Source: Selaginella moellendorffii (taxonomy: Eukaryota > Plantae > Lycopodiophyta). Taken from it: a stretch of 64,000 bases of DNA. Positions 58,128 to 64,000 of this stretch are shown in pieces. The stretch is taken from NCBI RefSeq assembly GCF_000143415.4, contig NW_003314319.1:586365-650364 (forward strand). Reading direction: 5' to 3'. A model generated the notes under the pieces. The model worked only from the letters and a program-made list of their open reading frames with translations. It made no database searches and was not told where the DNA came from. The position numbers were made by a program, and so were the translations under genes. The first letter of the stretch is position 1. Every line of letters begins with the position of its first letter.

Positions 58128-61100
58128 ATGGCAGCGGCGGATGATCTCTGGCTGGTCAGCTGCTTGAATGCGACGCTGGATCCCAATCTGGGAGCTAGGA
58201 ATCAAGCGGAAGGCGCTCTTACGGAGGCATCAAGAAAGACAGGTTTTTCTCCCCTCTCACAGGGTCATTGGAGTAAATTTGGATTCTCCTGGCAGGATAT
58301 GGGATTGCTCTCGCCAGAATCACACTGAACAACGATTTCTCGCTGGGAGTGCGTCAGATATCCTTGGAAAGTTTAGTTTCTTCTCTTTTCCTCGCAGCGC
58401 TTCCTTTAACGGATTTCACCTAGCTGCGGTTCTTTTGAAGCATTACGTGAAGAAGCATTGGATTGGCGATGACTTCACCGTCTTTCCTCAAGACAAGGTA
58501 AGTTCTATTGCTTTGTCGCGGCTTTTTGTGAAGGATGGTTCGTGTTTTTCCCAGGAAATGATTCGAAAGCTGTTGCCTCTTGGTTTGGGTGATCCAGAGA
58601 AGAAGATACAAACCGCTGTGGGTATGGTAATTGCATGCATTGCCACTTCCGACTGGCCAGAGGAATGGCCGGAGCTTATGATGCTCATCCTTGCGTGCAT
58701 AAACGATCGCTCCGACGTTAACAAAGGTAACAGGTACTGAGACGATGGTTTTTCCTACTTCTGGATGATGCAGTGAACGGAGGAATGCGATGCCTCTACT
58801 TTTTTGCTGACGAGATGGACGATAGACAACTTCCACACCTGGTGCCTGTGCTTTTCCCGGCTTTGTATGACATTATCTCAACACCTTCCGTAAGTTTGTT
58901 TCGATAAACGTTTTTCGAAAGGAACCCTTTGTTATGAAATAATTCGGTTTCCCTGCAAGGTTTACGCTGCGTCGACTCGAAAGGAAGCACTGAATGTGTT
59001 GCATAGCTGCATCGCCACCCTGGGGGTTATGAGTGGTGCTTATCAAGTTACGTGTTTCTCATTTCTGGCTACTTTTGATGCTGATTATTTCTGCAGTCAG
59101 AAACGAAGGCGCTGATGAAACCTATGCTTAAGGGATGGTTGGAACAATTTGCGGCAGTACTTCTTCAAACAATCCGGCCGAAAGAGCCGGATAGTTGGCT
59201 GCTCAAAATGGAGGTATCAGTTCCTTTTTTTCATGTTGATTGAGACTGAAGATTTAATGAATCTTACAGGCTATCAAAGCTTTGCAACAAATTGTGATGA
59301 ACTTTTCGAAACTCGCATTCAACGACTTCACAAGTAAATAGAAGTGCTTCACAAATGCTGACGGTCTCATCTCCAATTCTCTTTAGTTGTTCTTTCCCCA
59401 CTCTGGCATACATTCGTCACAGACCTGCAAGTTTACGTGGAGGCTGCTGTCAACGGCGACGAAGTAGACTTGGCTGATCCCAAAAGCTCTGAAGAAAGTT
59501 TAGAGTCGTACGCAAATCAGGTAAGAGGCCGGGAACTGGAATTTATCTTCATTCTTTGCCTCTCTTGCAGTTGCTCGAGTTTCTACTATGTCTAGTTGGC
59601 CATTCACGATACTGTGAGGTAAATCCAAAGCTTACGTGTTGAGACAACCCCGTTATTGTTCATTGATGAAGGTTATCCGCAAGAGCATCAAAGATCTGGC
59701 GTACTTCACGATAGGGTACATGCAGATGACTGAAGAACAAGTTGTATCATGTTTTTTCGTGCTCCAAGTTTCTAACCGATGCCTTCCAGGTCCAGACTTG
59801 GTCTGGAGACGCGAGTGAGTTCCTGGCCGAGGAAGATACTTTATCCTGTAGCTGCAGAACGTCAGGTAAAAGAGCTAAACAGGTGTGTTTTGATTTTCGT
59901 GAGTTCATTTCAGGGGTCTTGCTTCTCCAGGAGTTTGTTGGTGTCTACGAGGACGAAGGCACACTAGCTATTCTGGAAGCTGTCAGTAGAAGAATGGAAG
60001 ATGCAGACAGAGCGAAATCTCAGGGTGAAACTGGCTGGTGGAAGGCAAGTATATCATGATTGGATGTTTCTAACAGTTTGTGCATCTGTATGCTGCAGGT
60101 GCGCGAGGCGGCATTATTAACTTTGGGATCTTGTGTAGAGGTATTTTCATTCATAATTCTAAATGTTATTACAATGCTTCTTTAGGCTGACGATGAGCTG
60201 CCCGGATTCAGCATTGACGTTCTTTTTAACCGCATTTTAGTTGACGACCTATCACAAGGTAAGGCCTACCAGTTTTTCTTCTGAACAAGTTATTTTTCAG
60301 GAATGAAATTGTGTCCCTTTTTATATGGCCGTGCTCTATGGGCCGTTGCAAAATTCTCTTCCTGCGTAAGTAGAACGTTTCATTCTTTGTTTCTTATAGT
60401 TTGATCAAGATCGCCTCTACAGATTAGCAAGGACAAACAAGAGAAGTTCTTTCTTACTGCAATAGAAGGACTGTCTGATACTTCGTAAGTCCTGTTTCGA
60501 TAGTCTATTCTGTAACCTTTTGTTTGTCGCAGGTATATTCCAATCATGGTGGCTTCATGCCAAGCAGTTTCCACCTTGTTGCCAAAAGTTGAGTCTCGAA
60601 GCTCACAGCCTTATATAAGATCACTCTATACAGCACTGGCGACACTCTTGCAGCAGGTTTGCTCTTATGCTATTCTTTTTCTTTATCATGCTAAAAACTA
60701 TTTCTCAGGGGTCTGAAGAAACTATGCATATTGTTTTGGATGCGTTGCAATCCGCAATAAAAGCTGGTAAGTGGCCTATTTACTGACTTCTTTCACATGA
60801 CTACCCTTGATCTTTCTCAGACAAGGATCACATGCCTGAAGCAGAGGCAATGTTATCTCCCATTTTACTGCACGTATGGGCGACATATATCAGGGATCCC
60901 TTAATCAGCATAGACGCACTAAGTGCTATAGAGGTAAATCTGATTAACATGAAAAAGACTGAGAGCTTATGCAGGCTGTTAAAAATGCCCCTGGCTGTAT
61001 GGAGCCTCTTGCAGCGCGGGTGCTTCCTGCTATTACTGGCGTTTTGTGTCAGGTATTTGAAGTGGTATTCTTGAGGCGGTCTACGTAACTGTTTGTTTTC

Positions 61101-62814
61101 AAAGTGTAGCCACGAAGTCAGCAGGAAGGACAAGTAGCGGGAGCTTTAGATCTTCTCACCATGCTTGTCAAGGTTCGTTCGTTCTCCTTGCGTTTTACTT
61201 GTTTCGTTTGTTTGTTCTTTAATATGATAATGCATTCAGAACGCGCCTCTCAGCATCTTGAAGCACGCGCATCATGCACTCTTTACCTCCATTATCGATA
61301 TAGTTTTGCAGACGAATGACGATAGCGAGCTACAGGTAGCTTTTCGTTAACAGACAGCGGTTTCCTGATGTCTTGCTTTCTCGACAGAATGCAACTGAGT
61401 GTCTAGCTGGCTTTGTCAAAAGCGCAGGAGAGAACTTGATTGCTTGGGCCACTGACGCTGATTCTACAATGAAGATGCTTCTGGCGGCTGCTGGGAGGTA
61501 ATAATACCCGACAAAACTTTTGTATACTAAAGAAATCTCTTACAGATTGTTGAACCCGCAAACAAATAGCTCCGGATCTCTTTATTCTGGCACTTTTATC
61601 GTACAGCTTATTGAAAAGTTTTCTTTGCGTATGGCTCCCCACCTCAGAGATCTCGTGACGGCATTAGTGGTACGTTTGGAAAGTGTGGCACTCAAAGGCT
61701 CCCTGATCTTTGTATTCGCCAAGCTGGTACGTTCTTGGTCAAGGTTATGTAGCAGCCTTTATATTCCCAAACAGGTACACATGAGCGCACCTAACTATGG
61801 GCAATTTATCGAGCTGTTGAGGAGTATTCCTTCGAAAGGTTATGGAGATTCTCTCACATGTGTAATGGCGGAATGGACCAAATGCCACGGTAAAGATTGT
61901 TCTGTTGTATCTGCATGCTAAAGTGAACTTTTAGACGAAGTTCAAGGTTCGTACCAGATCAAAGTGAGTACAACAGCTCTGGCAAGTCTTTTAGCCACTG
62001 GACACCCTCTACTTTCACAAGTTCAAGTCGAAGGACGCTTGCTGGAGGTATGTCACAGCATAAAATACTGCTTTTCTTATTATTGTGTTTACAGGCTACT
62101 GGTGGAATCAAGACAAGGTCGAAATCCAAATTGCAACCTGACCAGTTTACGAGAGTTTCCGCACTTCAAAAGGTTTGATCGGTTATGAATGGCTTTAACG
62201 GTGACAAACCTGACTTCAGATTTTCTCCCTCCTGGCTCGTGGTCTAGTCGAAGGACAAGAGGCAGCCAGCAATTTCGTGGATGAGGTAAATCTAAATGTT
62301 CGAATTCCAAAGTATTCAGCTTCTCTCAGGATGATGAGTGGGAAGAGCTTAGCAACCCGGACGGGAATGATGTGGAAGATGTAGTGCCAGCCAATAAATC
62401 GCTACGGTCTGTTTTCGAGCCTGCTGATCTGTACGAAGACGTGTTGAATGGCGACGTGGTAAGAGCTAATCCCTGGAGAAAAAGCTGTGGCATTGATATT
62501 CGTTTCGTTTTACAGAGTGATGGGGACGAACCAAGCGATGAAGTTGATCCAATCAATCAGGTAAGCGTTACGATAATTACGTGATATGCAAAACGTGTTT
62601 CTGGCGACGCCGGTCGGCCACATTGCAGATCAATCTCCAAGCTTACTTGGTGGACTTCATGAAGAGATTCTCACAAGAAGCTCCGCTTGCATTCAGTGAA
62701 TTCTTCAAGGTGAGACCTTTGTAAATCAACGTGTTGTTACAAATCTGCTTTTCTCCACAGGAGTTGTCTGATCGGGAAAAATGTGCGGTGCAAGATGCGG
62801 TGTCTAGCAAGTAA
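58128..62814 (+). CDS. IPO9: Importin-9 (importin-beta family), many exons
   Basis: WLVSCLNATLDPN..RNQAE..L, RQLAAVLLKHYVKKHW, DWPEEWPELM, GYMQMTEEQ, WWKVREAA, PFLYGRALW, EVQGSYQIKVSTTALA, DPINQINL. Confidence 0.92.
58358..58419 (+). other. U12-type AT-AC intron
   Basis: CAG|ATATCCTT...TTCCTTTAAC..AC|CTAGCT; restores RQ|LAAV; copy at 48450-48511. Confidence 0.92.
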
Positions 62815-63306
62815 GAAGTGGCCGAGAGGGAGAAAAAAGTTTTGTAGGAAAGAGACAGAGACGACGATTATGTGTGATTCTTGAGTAAACCGCTTTTAAA
62901 TCCGAAAGCTCGCAAGCTCAATACCAGTGTCTTGAACTAGATGTTTCGCGAAGGCTCTCATCGCACAGGAAACTCCCGGAGTAAGTTGCTGTGGAACACA
63001 ATCTCGTGTCTATAGAAATCGATGATCAAACCTGCGTTGGGATCTTTTGTGTTGAGGGGATGTAGCTTAGACGGTAGAGCACTCGCTTCGGCATCTCCAA
63101 ATCTTTAGTTGAGTGAGCATTCCACGCATTTTGACCGGTGTTGACTATTGTTGACCTCATGGAGCCTTTGATCAGATTCCGCAGAGGAACAATGTCTCTT
63201 CGTATCTCCTGATCACTGCATATGCCCAGAAAGGGCATGCGCCAAGCTGGAGAGCTTGCATGCAATCGATTCCAGCAACGTCTTGGTGGGCACAGCGATT
63301 CTTGAC

Positions 63307-64000
63307 ATGTGCGAGAGTCCGAGCCGAGATCGGGAGAGCGAGAATGGAGCTCGAAGTCCAAAGGTTAACAAATATAAAGGCATAATTGAAGGATGGAGAG
63401 TTTGGTGCCCTAAGGCTGTTGACATGGTGCGCTGGACAAGAGCTACGATGGAGGCTCGGAGTCGGGCGGAGCGGGATGTAGAGTGGGTAGGCATATTTGT
63501 GAGAAACGCTTGGATCTAAAATCTTTTGAACAGGTGCGCTTCACTATGTCCGCTGCCACCCTTCCGCTCGAGAGTGCCTTTGACGAAGAGTATCGGGATT
63601 TGTATCGTGAGTGGAAGCAGGAGTGGGCCGCGTGGGGGAAATATCCCTCCATGTCAGTTCCCAAGGGCGCCACAGACGAGTTGATCATGGAGTACAGCGA
63701 AACACTCATTGGCGCCTTGATGGTGCACAAGTTGTACGAGGACGAGAAGATAAGTGAGATCAATTGATATGTTTTGAGCTTTTCTTAGTTTGCTGCTGCA
63801 TGTAGAGCGGGTGGAAGAGGAGGATGCCAAGATAGAAGCTCTGCAGGAGGCCAAGGCAGCAGTTAAGGCAGCAGCTCTAAGGCGGCAAATCAAGGCAGCA
63901 GCTCTAAAAGCGAAGAGAGGTAAGATTAATTGATATGTCTTGAGCTTTCCTTAGTTTTGCTGCTGCATGTAGAGCGGGAGGAACAGGAGGAGGCTAGCGG
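63307..64000 (+). CDS. Unknown (orphan-like) spliced gene with coiled-coil exon repeats; runs off the right edge
   Basis: In-frame exons 63307-63486, 63534-63753, 63806-63919 joined by GT-AG introns; no recognisable domain. Confidence 0.55.

Noticed and set aside
62930-62996. Fragments resembling miR396 (cttgaact; gctgtggaa)
   Set aside because: On opposite strands and discontinuous; the second is explained by the MYB-derived copy
1-64000. CRISPR arrays, rRNA, tRNA and spliceosomal snRNA genes
   Set aside because: None recognised by eye; the window is eukaryotic gene-dense DNA

Overview
Eukaryotic plant nuclear DNA. Very compact gene spacing, 45-100 nt introns and PLS-PPR genes rich in short motifs point to a lycophyte such as Selaginella (inference). 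About 21 apparently intact or edge-truncated protein genes, in order: PP2A-A, DEAD-box helicase DBP4/DDX10, NIP-II aquaporin, COA3-like, GDSL lipase, MYB98-clade R2R3-MYB, two tandem CAD1-like genes, an intronless alpha-SNAP-like gene, a head-to-head PPR pair, a TPR plus J-like protein, Y14, HUA2-like, USP, an alpha/beta hydrolase, PDI, NF-YB, a phosphohexomutase, an F-box gene, importin-9 and an orphan gene running off the right edge. Three local duplications are each split by filler or TE-relic DNA and left deletion-riddled pseudogenes. Most notable signals: a minimal AUG-UAA uORF in the leader of the boric-acid-channel-type NIP (candidate boron-sensing ribosome-stalling switch in a non-seed plant), a U12 AT-AC intron, a 6-nt microexon, an unusual TPR/HPD protein behind an ABRE/DRE cluster, and a CAD duplicate with a replaced promoter and clustered amino-acid changes. 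Gene models were built by eye from splice signals and protein motifs; no database searches were run.
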